Source of the DNA: Vicugna vicugna
Taxonomy: Eukaryota
Length of the DNA: 62,000 bases
Direction: 5' to 3'
Assembly: GCA_013265495.1 (NCBI GenBank)
Contig: MU058065.1
Location: 3,201,003-3,263,002, forward strand
Shown here piece after piece: positions 27,501 to 42,500 of the stretch; the first letter of the stretch is position 1, and each line of letters begins with the position of its first letter. Position numbers and translations under genes: made by a program. The notes below the pieces were generated by a model. That model was given only the letters and a program-made list of their open reading frames with translations, was not told the origin of the DNA and made no database searches.

Positions 27501-30500
27501 TTGGCCACGGTTTGTTGGTTCATTTACACAGCGTATATAAAATTTTGTAATTTTTTTGTTCTGCTCTTAAAGACAAGTTGAATTTCTGGATGCCATGACA
27601 TTGACATGGCATGTCAATGACACAAGCCTTCCTTAGTGGGAGGGTTGTATTCCATTCCCCATGAACATCCACATCTGCTTTCACTGGAAGACCTATTAGG
27701 AGCCCTGTCTTTAAGGGCCAAAAAAATTTACTCTACTTCTTTGTGTTCATTGAATAATGTGTTAACTTCCCTGACCCAGTTGCCTGAAATGAAAAGCCAC
27801 TTACCCATGGGTCAAAGCAATTTTCACAAATCCCTTCCGCTGGCGGATGAACAGAGTGAATTTTCCAGGATGGGCCTCCAGTGATTCTTTTGCTCCCCCA
27901 GGGACAATGACTGAGATGTTTCCACCTCCCTCTTTGCTTAGCACGTGGGACACACTTTTCTTGGAAACTGAGACTGCCCCTTAGTGAATAAAACAAAAGG
28001 CATTCACTGGTTATCCTTCGACATTTTTATCACAAAATTCTATGGCACCATCAAATATTTAACAAAATTTCCTACACAGCTTACATTTGGAGCATTTTGC
28101 AGGTTCATAACTTTTCATAGCTAAATCTTTGGTAATAGAGCCCATTAATAAGACCTAACGTTTTGGCAGGTGATGGGCTAGGTCTTTAAAATGTCCCTTC
28201 ATGATTACTAGGTCTACCACTTGTTTGGGTAGGTTGTATACTGTTCAATTCTACAGACTACATCCATACTGCATTCTAAGTGAAAGGTGCCCCCTGGAGT
28301 TGTGCAGTGCACAACCTGGATAGCTGTATGTGTTGATCTTGATCATTACCCTGGCAGATTCTTGCTCAGAACTCAAAAGTTGGATCTTCTGAACACAAAA
28401 TGGCTTATTTTCAGATCTTCTATATAAATTCTTATTTCCCAAACATGGATTTATAATGCAAATGGTTTCAAAAATTCATTCATTTGACAAATAACCTACA
28501 TCAATTGCCAGGTCTCTGTATGGTTCCAAAATGTCTAGTTTGACTTCAGTAAATTGTTTGTTTAAGACGTAAGTTACGTAACTGTTCAGTCTTTGTATCA
28601 GGCTTTCCCATGTGAAAATAACATTAAAGACTCCTTTTTCAGATTTTAAATGTACTATGTACTCCTGGAGAAAAATACTATGAACTCTTGGTGGGAAAAA
28701 ATTGAGATGAAAACACAAACCACTCATGACCCATATTTCAGGGATAACTGCTTTTTAATGTCTTATTGTTTCCTTCCATTCTTGATTTTATCCACTTTTT
28801 TTAGTCGTAAAAGAATGTGTTAGCTCATAGCAGTTCACCTCTCGAAGGAAATTACTTGCTCATTTTCCTGTGGGCTATACTGGTGGAATATCAAATTGTG
28901 CCAGGATGCTGAATGACCAACCACCCTCGGAAGAGAAGAGAGAGAAGAGGGTGGACAACCAGAGCCCGGCTGGGTCTGCACTTCCACTGCGTTCAAGGCA
29001 TGGCCAGTCTGCTCTGCGTGCCCTGAGTGAGAGCCGGAGGCATCACATGCACTGGAAAGAGGGCCTCTTGGATTTCCAGACACCAGGCAGTCCTACTTTG
29101 CATCTGGCCACTTCTCAGTTTCCTCCTCAGAATTCTTTTCTTCAGGCCATCCTTAAATCCTACATTTCTTAGGGCTGTTAGGGACCAAATGTTTATGTTC
29201 CTCCAAAATTCATATATTGAAATCCTAACCCCCAATAGGATGGCATTAGGAGGTGGGGACTTTGGGAGGTAATTAGGTCATGAGAGTGAAGCCCCCATGA
29301 ATGGGATTAATGTTCTTATAAGAAGAGGAAGAGAGCCAGTGTGGTCTCTCCCCAGCATGGGAAGATACAATGAGAAGACAGCCATCTGCAAACCAGGAAG
29401 TGGGTCATCACCAAGTCACCAGATCTGCCACTGCCTTGATCCTGGAGTTTCCAGACTTCAGACTGTGAGAAATAAATTCCTATTATTCTAGTCACCCAGT
29501 CCACGGTATTCTCTTACAGCAGCTGAACTAAGGTCGGCTCCTTCATTGTCTCCACCATCTTCTAACCTTATCTATACACATGGATTCAACCACCACGTGT
29601 AAGTTCTGAGTTATCCCAAATCCATCCCTTGGGAGTTCTTCCTCATAAGGCTCCAGGCTCATACCCCCAATGGCTCAAAGACATCTCTACCCTTGACAGT
29701 TCAGGGACCCCTCAAACTTCATGTTTCCCAACCCAATGCATTAAATTCTTTCTCAAAGTTGTTTCTCCTCCAACATTACATCTCAGGGTGAATGGGATCA
29801 TCCTCTATCCAGCCACCCAAGTCAGGAACATGGGAACGTAGGCTCCTTCCATATATGTTCCCCTCTTCTCAGCCACCATGTTGACTCATCACTCACTCAC
29901 TCACTCACTCATTCATTCATCCAAAAACACTGAGGACCTCCTATAGGTAAGACACTATGTTAGATACTGACATGATGAGAAAATACCACTCCTGCCTTCA
30001 TGAGGCTGAATCAGTCACTGTCTTGTTGAATCTATCAACTATTTGTCACATCGATTCCTTGTTCTGTATTTCCACTGCCACAGCCACTGTGCTAATTTAG
30101 CCCTTATCACATCTCCCTTGGTCACTGCAGTGAGCTGCTTCCACCATCATTCTCCAGGCTCACTTCCTTCCAACATATCTCCAAGCTGCTGCCTGAGTGA
30201 TCAAACAGGCAAAATATATAGTCAGGTCCTTACTTCACCCAAAATCCCACATGGGTTCCTCATGGCTTAGATACAAGATAAAATCTAAAGTACATACTAG
30301 ATAAGGCTTTTGTGATTAGATCTCTGCTACTTGTCCACCCTTAATGGGTAGACAGAAAGGAACAAGAGCCTTGAAACAGAGTGTGCTCTCCCCGACACCT
30401 GCTGAGTACAGACTCAGCAAAATGGGCCAAGGGGAATGGGTTGGACGTAGGACTTACAGCCACAGAAATCTTTGGGGCAAAAGCAAAACAGACACATGTC

Positions 30501-33500
30501 AGCAAAGAACTTCTGAAACCCTATGGGTTCCTTAGTGCATGAGGTCTGGGGCACGTGGCTCTCTGTCTTTCACGCTCATGGAAGCAGCCCCCGCAGCACA
30601 CGTAGAGTGGAGGGGCAGCCTTGGACGGGGGGCTGTCCTAGGAAGCTGGTTCTGGGAAGGACTGACAACTCTCTAAACTTACAGACAAGGACAGCCTAAA
30701 CTTCTACAGGCTACAAGGTTGGATGGTTTTATTTAGCTTTAGGGCATCTCAGGTTACAGCAAAGGAGAAGAGCTCATGAAGTCATAAGCCAGTGAAAACA
30801 GACAGGTTTCATCTCTAGCACCAACTCTAGTAAACAGCAGTGGCACCACATTGAGAAAGACCCTAAGGTTCATTATCTGTATCTGACATGGCCATGGAGA
30901 TGGGTGTGCCTCCATCTCTCCTGCCACAAATTTGCCACACCTGCTCCTAATTACACCACCCAAACTCACCTATGGTTATACTTTGACTCAGCAAACACAC
31001 TGTAAATATATTTCTGTGACTATTTTTTTAATCTAAAAAACAAATCCCTTTAATTTTCTTCCTTTTATAAAACTCTAACCCAATGTCTGCAAAGTAAGAA
31101 AGAAAAGGGATTTTTTTTCCTACTTAATTCAAGAGATTGGAAGGAGGGTATAGCTCAAGTGGTAAACATATGCTTAGCATGCACGAGGTCCTGGGTTCAA
31201 TCTTCAGTATCTCCTCTAAAAATTAATTAATTAATTAATTAATTAATTAATTAAAAAATGAACTACCTCCCTCCCCGCCACCCCCAAAAATAAACAAAAA
31301 AAGAGATGGAGGTGAGGGAAGAGGGAGGAGAGAGTAGTGCGTCCTCTAGAGGCCAGATGCAGTGGCAGCCTAAACTGGACGCAGAGCCCAGGACTGTACC
31401 AGTGAAGGTCCATTAAGAGACCCTGAAAACCCAGCCACGGATGCTGGCCCTTGGGTGCTTAGTGACTTCCTACCAAGTATATAATGACAACAGAGAACTG
31501 AGAAATTAATAGGAAGTAATAAAAACCTGGAAGACCATTAAAAATTCTGCCTTTGAACATGCTACTTACTGATCGTGAAATTACAATTTTTCAAAGAGAC
31601 AATCTACTTTTCTTTATATCTAAGAAATGCAAAGACAATAAAAATTAACCTACACAATGATCATAAACATAAAGCACTTTGTAAGTTACTGTAGTTTCTG
31701 CTTAGTCAGTAAATTGGTCAAGTTGGAAAACCAAACAAGTTGGGACTCTTAAGGGGAAATAAGAACTATGAACACAAGCTTAGCCTTCTGTACACATTCC
31801 TAAAGTATCTTTATAGCATTTCCACTGAACTTTATTCTCTGAATTGGTATAATTATGATTTCACTAGTCAAAAAGTCTTCCCCAAGTTCAGACTAGCAGA
31901 ATAGAATGGACTCTTATCTCTGAGCCAAGTGGAACTTCACCTGGGAGGGAAAAGTCAGCAAATTCAGTATGTCTAGTTTATAAGTTGCCGTTACTTCAAG
32001 ACACACTGGAGAACATTTTCCATCTCTAATATTCAAAACAGCAAAGAGTCTTTCAATTTATCACTTATTGATCCAAGATTCTTTCTTCCACATCTGGAGA
32101 CATAAGATGGATTCATTCATTTATACTTTGATTGAATTAACATATACTAGATATTCCTAAATTCCAAGTACTGTGCTAGACCCTTGGGGTGATACAGAAA
32201 AAAAGACACAGTCTGTGTCTTCCTGGCACTTCCAGTCCGGTGGTATGGGAGGCAAGAAACATCCAAACAGCGTATGAAGTGTCAGATAGGGATAAAGACA
32301 CAGGGTTTTACTCTAAGAAACCGTAAACCTGATTGGTTTGGGAGGGGACATTCTATGTCGTCCTGCCACCCCAGAACACTATAGAAAGAATGAGCTGCCT
32401 TCACTTACCAGTGCTCATCAGATATTCTCGGAAGAGGGGACACTGGAACAAAAACGGGAGCACATGAAGATATGCGGTAAAGCCGGGAAACAGCTCCTTG
32501 AAGTTGGAATAATTTATACAGAAGTTTCCAAAAGCTCCAACACTAAGCACTCCATGGGGGTGAAACCCAAATACGTAGTTGCGACTTGGATCCAAATCCC
32601 ACGTTTTGATGAGCTACAGTGTATTTACATTGAGGTTTAAAATAAAACAAAATAAAATGCCCCCTGATTAGTTTCCAATAAGAAACAAAAGAACTTGGGA
32701 TTAGTTCTTATGCTCAAGAGGAAATGTAGAACATGAGTCGTTTTAGTTCCCTGGGGTAGAGCTGTTTCCAAATTTGTAAACTATTTCCTAAGCCCAGATC
32801 CCCTTACACAGCCTTCTAAATTTTGTCAGTTTAGCTGAGACTCCATTTAGTAACTTGGGCTAAATTGCAAGCTTTCTCCCCCTGAAAAGGGAAAAGCTTG
32901 AAAAAGATGTGACAAAAACAAATTTGTGTTCTTCTCCCAGCTCAAAAACCATACTATATAGAACAATTCTACTCACATGGATTGGAAAATACTCCTTAAA
33001 GTACCTCCAAATGGTCCAGCTTCTGACCCAGTTGGATCTCCTGCCTCCTTGCTCTGGAGTTCGCCAGTCAAAGTAAAGCCAGGTCAAATAAGGGACGTAG
33101 AGGAACCAGTAGTTGTGAATGATCAGGAGCACAATCACCCCAAAGCACACCTGCGCTGTAAGGAACAGGAAGACCTCAGGCACCAGAGCCAGTTATGGGG
33201 AGGGTATTGCTTGGTGAGGGCAGTGTATAGCGCAGTGGCAGAGCACATGCTTAGCATGCACCAGGTCCTGGATTCAATCCCCAGTACCTCCATTAAAATA
33301 ATTTTAATTAATTAATTTAAAAAACCGAATTATCTGCCCGCTACCCAAAGTCAGGTAGCATCTGCCCACTGTACTGTATAGTCTGTGGCCCGTGGTGGGG
33401 GGATCCAATACGTGCAAACTGGGTTCAGCTGGGATAATGTAACAAGACAGCAATGGTATAGCATTATTTAACATTTTTTGGATGTTTACTATATGCCAAG

Positions 33501-36500
33501 TATTGTATTGTAGACCTGGCCAAAATATTTTTGTATCTAATCCTCATATAGCCATAGCATCAGTGAAACAGCCCCTGCGCTCCCAATGTTCTTTCTACAG
33601 TAGGGAAAATGGTGGCTTAGAGAGGTTGCGTGAACTGCCCACGCCACACCAAATGTAAATGGTTGATCTGCCCAAGTTCAAGGTCCATTCTCAAAGCCTA
33701 TGGCCCAACACCACCTCCCAAGCACGGGATACGGAGGGACCGTCGCTGAAGGGGAGATGCGGGGGAGTTCCTACCACACGTGTTCACCTTGACTGACTGA
33801 GCAGTCGTTACTCACCTGCCCATGAAGAGGGCATGTTCCACTGATGAATTTTGTTTTCAGGGACCCTATTGCCAGAGATAGAAATAGCACAGGAGGGACT
33901 CAACATCTTAGCTTATCTACCACTTCCTGCGACATTTCATACTGACGGGGCAGTCCTAATTGTTTATGTACCTAATGACTGAGCTTCAAATACATGAAGC
34001 AAGAACTGACGAAACTTGGCCTGGGTCGTAGTGAGAAGGATATCTGCCTTCAAGTAATATATTAAGGCTGAGCTAGACATTTTCTTTTTATGTCTGTGCT
34101 GTGTGTTATACTAAAATTTATTTATAAAAAGAGAAATACATCAATGATGGGGGGATGGGCACAAAGACATAAAATCTGGCATGCAGTAAGTGCTCAATAA
34201 ATGCCAGTTATTTCTGTTACTTTAAGGAGTGTCATTGCCTCTTCCTTTTTTTTTATCATGTGCTACAGTCTCTAATCTGGTACTGACTTCAGGCCCGCAA
34301 ACTCCTATCCACTCTTGCCAACTTTGTTAAAAAAGAGCTTTGTCCCCAAACAACCTATCATGGTGTCTGAAAAAGAGCACCTTGATCTGTTATTGTTTTA
34401 TAGGTAAAGATATAGACATAGGTTTGTTTTGGGTTTTTTTTTTCGCAAAAACAGAATATGTGTTTATATTTCGAGAAATGTAAAAGTTAATAAATTTCTC
34501 AGTATAGACTTGACCCAAATACAGAATTGAAACCCATCAGAGGACTGACTCGCTCTCCCCAGGGTGGTTAAAGGTTAGAAAGTGTGTGAAAGGTTAAGGA
34601 AGCATGTGTCCCCCACCGTGGGGTGTTTTGTTGCATTCTGGAACAGCCAACAAAGTTTCCACGAGTCCGGAAGCAAAGCCAAAGGAGTGTCCCCTGACCT
34701 CATTCCTACTAAGACCATCTATTTTGTTTTATCTGCTTCCCTCTACCCAGGCCTGAGCATTGACAATTTACCACCACTGATTAATTTTCTGTTTATTTTA
34801 CTAAAATGAGCAAAAAACTTACAAGAGACACAAATAGGTCTCATTATTCTCTGTTCCAAGCTAGATCAGGTGAGCTGTGAGGGAGGAGGGGAGAGACAGA
34901 ATAGTTATTGAGTGTGACTGGCTCCATAGGAAACCCCATTAGTTCCTCACAACCCTCAAGATACACATTTCTGTCCCCATTTTGCAGTTATGGAAACTGG
35001 AGTTCAGGGAGTCTGAGTGCCCAAAGGACTTGAACCTGGATCTGCCTAATCCTTAAACCCAGGCACTTCTTTGCAAAACCAAATGATCCCCAGCTAATGA
35101 TAATAACACCATAAACTTTTAAGTGTGTATTACAAGGACATAAGCCAGTTCATGAGCGTAAAGAATCAGGCCCATGGAAGGTTCTGTTTCCTTTACTAGG
35201 AAGGTGGCAAAACTAAGACCAAAAGCATATTGACTTAATTTCAATCACAGGGTGAGTTGAGAGTGGGTCCAGAAACAAAGTCCCCCTCAGCTACTAATTC
35301 AATGTTCCACTAATTCAACCACACGTCCTTTAATTGAATACACACTGCATATCTCTTTAACATTCATCATGTGTTTTGCATGTACAGTGGTTAAGACATG
35401 GATCTGGAATTGGATTCCTTATGTTGGAAATTGCTACTGTCTAGCTGTCTGACCTGAGGCGAGGTCTTTTACCCCTTGAGCCTCAATTCCTTTACCTGTG
35501 AAATGGGCTAAGAGCAGCACCTCTCTCCAGAGACTGGGGAATAAACATAGAGATGGTACAGTGCCCTGCACAGAGCAAGTACTTGACAAATGGGAGCCAT
35601 TTTTGTAAGAACTGTATTTACAAGGATACAATTAGAGAATGCAAAAAGTAGAAACAGACAAGATATCACACATTCCTCTCACCCAACAAAAACTACTGTT
35701 AAATTTTCCCTTGTCTTTTTTTTTCCATCAAACAGGTTATGTTTCTTTAACATGGTTGATCATATATATTGCTTATTCTGTATTTTACCAGTTATGATTA
35801 TCTCACATTAGCTGCTTGGTATTATAAACATAACATTATAACCTCTTCACAAATGGTATTTTTAATGACTGAGCAACATTTCGTTGGTTGTCAGTGCTAA
35901 TTCAAATTCTTTTCTGTTTTTTTAATTAACAACCCAATCCAAAAATGGGCAGAAGACCTAAACAAGCAATTCTCCAATGAAGACATACAAATGGACAACA
36001 GGCACATGAAAAAATGCTCAATATTGCTAAGTATCAGAGAAATGCAAATCAAAACTACAACGAGGTATCACCTCACACCACCAGTCAGAATTGGTCATCA
36101 TTAAAAAGTTCACAAACAGTAAATGCTGGAGTGTGGAGAAAAGGAAACCCTCCTACACTGTTGGTGGGAATGTAGTTTGGTGCAGCCGTTATAGAAAAAA
36201 GTATGGAGATTCCTTTAAAAACTAAAAATAGACTTTCCATATGATTCAGCAATCCCACTCCTGGCCATATATCTGGAGGGAACCCTAATTCGAAAAGATA
36301 CATGCACCCCAGTGTTCACAGAAGCACTATTTACAATAGCCAAGACAGGGAAACAAATGCCTACTGACAGTTGACTGGATAAAGAACTTCTGGTATGTAC
36401 ACACAATGGAATACTACTCAGCCATAAAAAAAGAATAAAATAATGCCATTTGCTTCAACATGGATGGACTTGGAGTTCATCATTCTAAATGAAAATAAGT

Positions 36501-39500
36501 GGAAGGAGAAAGAAAAAAAATTTTGTTTTTGAATTTTTCTTTTGAATGTTCTGACAACTTTTCTGTACAAATGCAATCTTGCAAGATTGCATTTGTACAA
36601 GTACTTTGTTTCTACACATGTTGATTAACTGCCATAGGACAGTAAATTAAACACTGGCTCACTAAGCAGAAACATCTTTGCTACTTGATACCCTCTGATA
36701 ACTTACTACACAAAGGAGCTGTTCTATTTTAAACTCTCACTCCACACATTGCACACATTCTTTTATATTTCACATCATAAATTGAACCAGAAGAGTTTTT
36801 CAATGCCTTGATCCTGAACTGGATCAAAGCAGAAAATACTATAAAAACTAAGTGACTAGATCACCTCTAAAAATTTTTTTAAAGAAATAATTTAAAATAT
36901 ATAACTTATATGTGTATCCCTTCCACTTGTGACCAAGAAGTTTTCATTTTTTCCCGCTATGAAAATTGTTTCTATGCTTATTTTAACCATTTAACATAGT
37001 ATGGAGGAAGAAGATGGAATTCAGAGGCAAGTAAAATCCTTTAGCACACCACATTCTCGTCCTCTTCATTCCTGAGGCATTGTATTTCAAAACATCAATC
37101 AGTGCTATCTGCTGAGTATAAGAATGTAAGTATACAGAGAATACAGACTTGTGGTTAACAGGTGGGTAGAGTGTGGGAAGGGATAGACTGGGATTTCAAA
37201 ATTGTAGAATAGATAAACAAGATTACACTGTATAGCACAGGGAAATATACACAAAATGTTATGATAAATCAAAGAGAAAAAAATGTGACAATGAGTGTGT
37301 ATATGTCCATGAATGACTGAAAAATTGTGCTGAACACTGGAATTTGACACAACATTGTAAAATGATTATAAATCAATAAAAAATGTTAAAAAAAAGAATG
37401 TAAGTATAACATTCTTCTGATTTTTAAAATTCTTATTTTAAGAAAACTTGCCTCCCAGAGTTTCTTAGGATGAAGATGGTGCTAAAAGACAACCCATTCC
37501 TCAAATGTGGGTCTGCTTCACACTGTCTTTAAAAAGTATTCCTGTACAGAGATCCGCATTTTTCTTGTTTAAAAGCAAATTCATTATTGGACTTATTCCT
37601 TTTTTTTTTTAATTGAAGTACCATCAGTTACAGTGTGTCCATTTCTGGTGTGCCGCACAATGTCCCAGTCATGCGTATACATACATATATTCATTTTCAT
37701 ATTTTTTCTAATAAAGGTTATTACAAGATATTGAACATAGTTCCCTGTGCTATACAGAAGAAATGTGTTTTTTTTAATGAATTTTTATATATAGTGGCTA
37801 ACATTTGTAAATCTCAAACTCCCAAATTTATCCTCTCCCACCTCCTTAACCCCGGTAACCATAAGATTGTTCACTATGTCTGCGAGTCTGTTCCTGTTTT
37901 GTAGATGAGTTTATAGTGTTGGATCTATTTTTTTGTCTAATGAAGTCAAATAAATTACAGCTAGCATCCAGTTGAAACAAGTCCGGTGTTTTAATATTTC
38001 AGAAAGCTTTTCTTAGAAGCTGAAAGACAAAAGAAGTACAAGTACTTTGTGCCACAAACTGAAAACCTTGGATATAATCCACAATAAAAGAGGCTTAATA
38101 GGGTTTATGCAAGTCCAAGAATCTCATATGAATCACTGGAGTGAATGTTGAAATGCACTCCCTCAAAATTTCCCAGGCTAAAGGAGACTAAAAAGATGTA
38201 ACTAAATACAGTGTATGGACTTCTTTGCTATAAAGGACATCCGTGGGGCAATTGCTGAAATAAGAATAGGGCTTCTGGATTAGATCATAGTACAGCTTCA
38301 CTGTTATTTGTCTGATCTGGATAATTGTACTGTGGTTATATAGGAGAATGTCCTTGGTTTTAGGAAATATATACTGAACTATTTAAGGATAAAGGGAGAC
38401 AATGTTTGCAACTTACTCTTACAGAGTTGAAATAATAATAACAATAATTAATATTAATAATAATAACAATAATGTGTGTGGAGAGAGAGAAAGATAAAGG
38501 AAACACAGTAAAATGTTAACACTTGGGGAATTTGATGCAGGAATATAGGATTTGTGTGTGTGTGTGTAATTTTTTATAATTATTATTTCTGAAGTTATTT
38601 CCAAATAAAAATTTTGTAAGAATTTAAGGGCCCTCCCTGAGACCTATAGAGTCAAAGTTTCTGGGGAATCTGCATTTTAGTAAACCCCCAGGTGATTCTT
38701 AAATATGCTCTAAAGTTTGAAAACCTCTGCTACAAGTAAAATCATCAGTGGAAGAATCAGCACTTTTCTCCAAATTAAGCTATAGACTAATCTCAATCAA
38801 AAAGTAAACCCAGTGAAAATCCCAGCAGGCATTTTTGTAGAAATTGAGAAACTGATTCTAAAATGCATATGGAAATATAAAGAATCTATAATAGTCAAGA
38901 CAACTCTGAAAAAAAGAACAAAGCTTGAGGGCTATCACTGTCTGATTTCATGAATTATTATAAAGCCATAATAATGAAAGCAACATGGTACTGGCATGAA
39001 GTCAGACAAACAGGTCAATGGAACAGAATAGAGAGTCCAGAAATAAACCCACACATATATGGACAACTGATTCTTGACAAAACTACAAAGCCAATAAAAT
39101 ACAGAAAAGATAGCTTTTTTTTCCTTTTAAACAATACAGCTAGAAAAATTAGATTATACATATGCCAAAAAATGAACTTAGACTTTGCACCATATACAAA
39201 AATGAACCCAAAATGGATCATAGATCTATATGTAAAGCCTAGAACTCTAAAATTTGAAAAAAAACATAGAAAATGTTTATGACCTTGGATTAAGCAAAGA
39301 TTTCTTAGTCATAACACCAAAAACACAATTAATAGAAAGAAGATAGACAAGTCGGACTTCATCATTAAAAATTCCTGTTCTTCAAAGACACAAAAGACAA
39401 CCCATAGACTGGAAGAAAAAAAAAATCTACATAAAGCATATGCCTGATAAAGAACTTGGATCCAGAAGAATACCAACTCTCAAAACTCAGTAACAGGAAA

Positions 39501-42500
39501 AGAAGCAACCCAATTAAAAATGGGCAAAAGATTTAAACAGGTATTTCAACAAAGAAAATATACAATTGTCAAACAAGCTCATGAAAAGATGCTCAACATC
39601 ATCAGACATTAGGGAAATGCAAACTAAATCCACAATGAGACACCACTACACACCTAAGATTAAAAGGACTGACAGTATCAAGTGATGGCCAGGATATGGA
39701 GCAACTGAAACTGTCAGACATTGCTGGTAGAACTGTAAAATGGTACAGCCACTTGGGAAGACAGTTTGGCCATTTCTCAAAAAGTTAAACCTGCACCTAC
39801 CATATCGTGATCAGCCATTCCATTCCTACGCTTACCCAAGAATAAAGAAAGTGTATGCTCCTAAGACTTGTAGGTGTTCACAGCAGTATTATTCATAACA
39901 GCTACACCCCAAATACTCATCAACAGTGAATGGACAAACAAATTGCAATATATTCATTTACTAGAATATCACTTTGAAACAAAAAAGCTATGAACAACTT
40001 AATATACACAAAAAGAAACTCAAAATAATTACATTCAGCTAAAGAAGCCAGACAAAAAGAAAGAGTACATATGCTGTGTCCTCATTTATATAAAACACTA
40101 GAAAATGCAAACTAATCTGTATGACAGAAAGTCCATCAGTGGATGCTTAGAGACAGGGGAAGGATGAAGTATAAAAGGGGTATTTTTTTTCCAATTCACA
40201 GTGAACTTATTTTACATAAAAGAAAAAGCTTGCCATTAATGAAAACTTCAGTAGAAAACAGTTCTTCTCCTTTAATTTGGGGCTCAAAAGTAGAAGCTGC
40301 TTATTAGTGAACCCTCAGTAGAAAAAGAATTTTGTAAGAAAATATTCTTTAGGGATGATGGCTTTTTTCACTGCCTTAATTGTGGTGATGGTTTTTCCGG
40401 TATGCATATGTGACAACTTGTCAAACTGTACACTTTACGTATGTGCAGTTTACTGTATGACAGTATCTCAGTAAGGCTGCTTAAATAAGTAAGTAAATAA
40501 ACAGACCCATTCAGTAAAAGGTCATGGTTCCACCATGTGGTCTTCGGTAAGAAACTTACCTCTTGAGCTTCAGTTTTCTTATCCAAAAATAAATAAATAC
40601 ATAAATCGAATAATACCTGCTACAAGGGGTTATAGTTAGAAGACAATCAATAAATGTTGGCTCTCTCTTTTTCAGTTTTCTGCTTTTCAGTTAGCAGGTC
40701 AGTAGCACACAAGCTAATAAGAACTGTTTCCATTTCTTGAATATTAAGATTGGATGATAGGTGACCCAGTGATCCCAATTCCCAGTATTTACCTAAAGGA
40801 AACAAAATCACTATCTCGAAAATGTATTTGTAGCCCCATGTTCATTGCAGCATTATTTACAATAGTCAAGACATGGAAACCACTAGTGTCCATCAACAGA
40901 TGAATGGATAAGGAAAATGTGGTATATACTACACATATAATAGAATATAATTCAGCCATAGAAAAGGAAATCTTGCCATTTGAGACAAGGATGGACCTTG
41001 AGGGCATTATGCTAAGTGAAAAGAGTGAGACAGAGAAGAACAAAAACCACATGATCTCACAAACAAAATCAAAACCAAGGTCACAGATACAAAGACTAGA
41101 CTGGTGGTTGCCAGAGGCAGGGGTGGAGGTGGCAGCAAAATGGGTCAAGTTGTTTAAAAGGTGAAAACCTCCAGTTATAAGATAAATAAGTTCTGGGGAT
41201 GTAATGCACAGCATGGTGACTATAGTAATAATTAACAATATTGTATATTTGAAAGTTGCTAAAAGAGTAAATCTTAAAGATCTCATCACAAGAGGAATAA
41301 AAAATATAACTGTGTGGTGATGAATGTTAACTAAACTTATTCTGGAAATCATTTTCCAACAGACATAAGTCGAATCATTATGTTGTACACCTAAAACTAA
41401 TACAATATTAAAAGATCGGAAGACAGGTACTTAACATTTATCTCAAGGAAACAGGATTTGATTTCATGACTAAATAAGACATTTTGCTATTTGTTAAAAT
41501 ATCCCAAGTTCTAATAGCTTAAACTCATTTCCTGATGGTGGAAAGAAAAATACATTCCAAGATTTTGATACAGAGATCTTAAAACACATAGTTAATAAAA
41601 CTTCTCTTGTCACCACTGAAAGGAGATTTTATATCAACTCTTTAAAATAATTTAAATGAAAGAAATAAGCATTTATCCTAACTTTCCTGTTAGGATTAAA
41701 TTGTAGGGTAGTCAAATGGCCCTAGATGATGGAGAAAAATTATTCCTTGCATAAATTCTAGCTAATATGTGAAGAATGAATAATAGAATATGAAAACTAC
41801 CAGTTCGTAGTTCCAAATAAAACAGCTAACTTAGGCAAGGATTATTAAGGGAGATTTAAAGCACTAGGTGAAAAGTCAACGGTCCATGAGGAACTTTTAT
41901 TTGTGGCTAGTTACCACCTCACACGTTACTTCCTACCTGATCACTCTTAGACATTAATAATGGGATGACCAGACATCACATGCACCCTGACATAACACAA
42001 CGTGAGCACAGAGCCGCACCTAGGAAGAGGACTTGCAAAAAGGTTTCACCTAAATCTAACCAAGCCTTTAGCTCCAACTTCCATTTTAAAAGAAATACAG
42101 GGAATTGAGAAAAAAATTAACCCTACAAAATAGCAATTAAAGAAATCCTGAGGGTGAGACAGCTTGCAGACAGAAAATCTGCTTTCTTCGATGCTTCACT
42201 GACAAGAAAACAAATGGGGAACACTGTTCTAAATTAAAAGATACAGGCTGCTTCTCTCACTCCCTCCTCTTTGGAGATGGCCACAGGCACTCTATGGAGT
42301 GTGTATCTACTTTTACTTTAACCTGAGCACCCAAACCCCACACTTAAAAATCCTTCACTTAAAAAAAGAAACTTAAAAACTAAATACAACCGAACAGCTT
42401 TTTTTGGATCCTAGTTCAAATAAATCATCCATAAATATGTATTTTTGGCTCACTTTAGGAAAGCTGAATATTAACTTGGTTTAGATGATTTTAAGGAGGG

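Noticed and set aside
38950..41352. ORFs of 110-187 aa in MOGAT1 intron 1
   Set aside because: Sense and antisense readings of degenerate L1 sequence.
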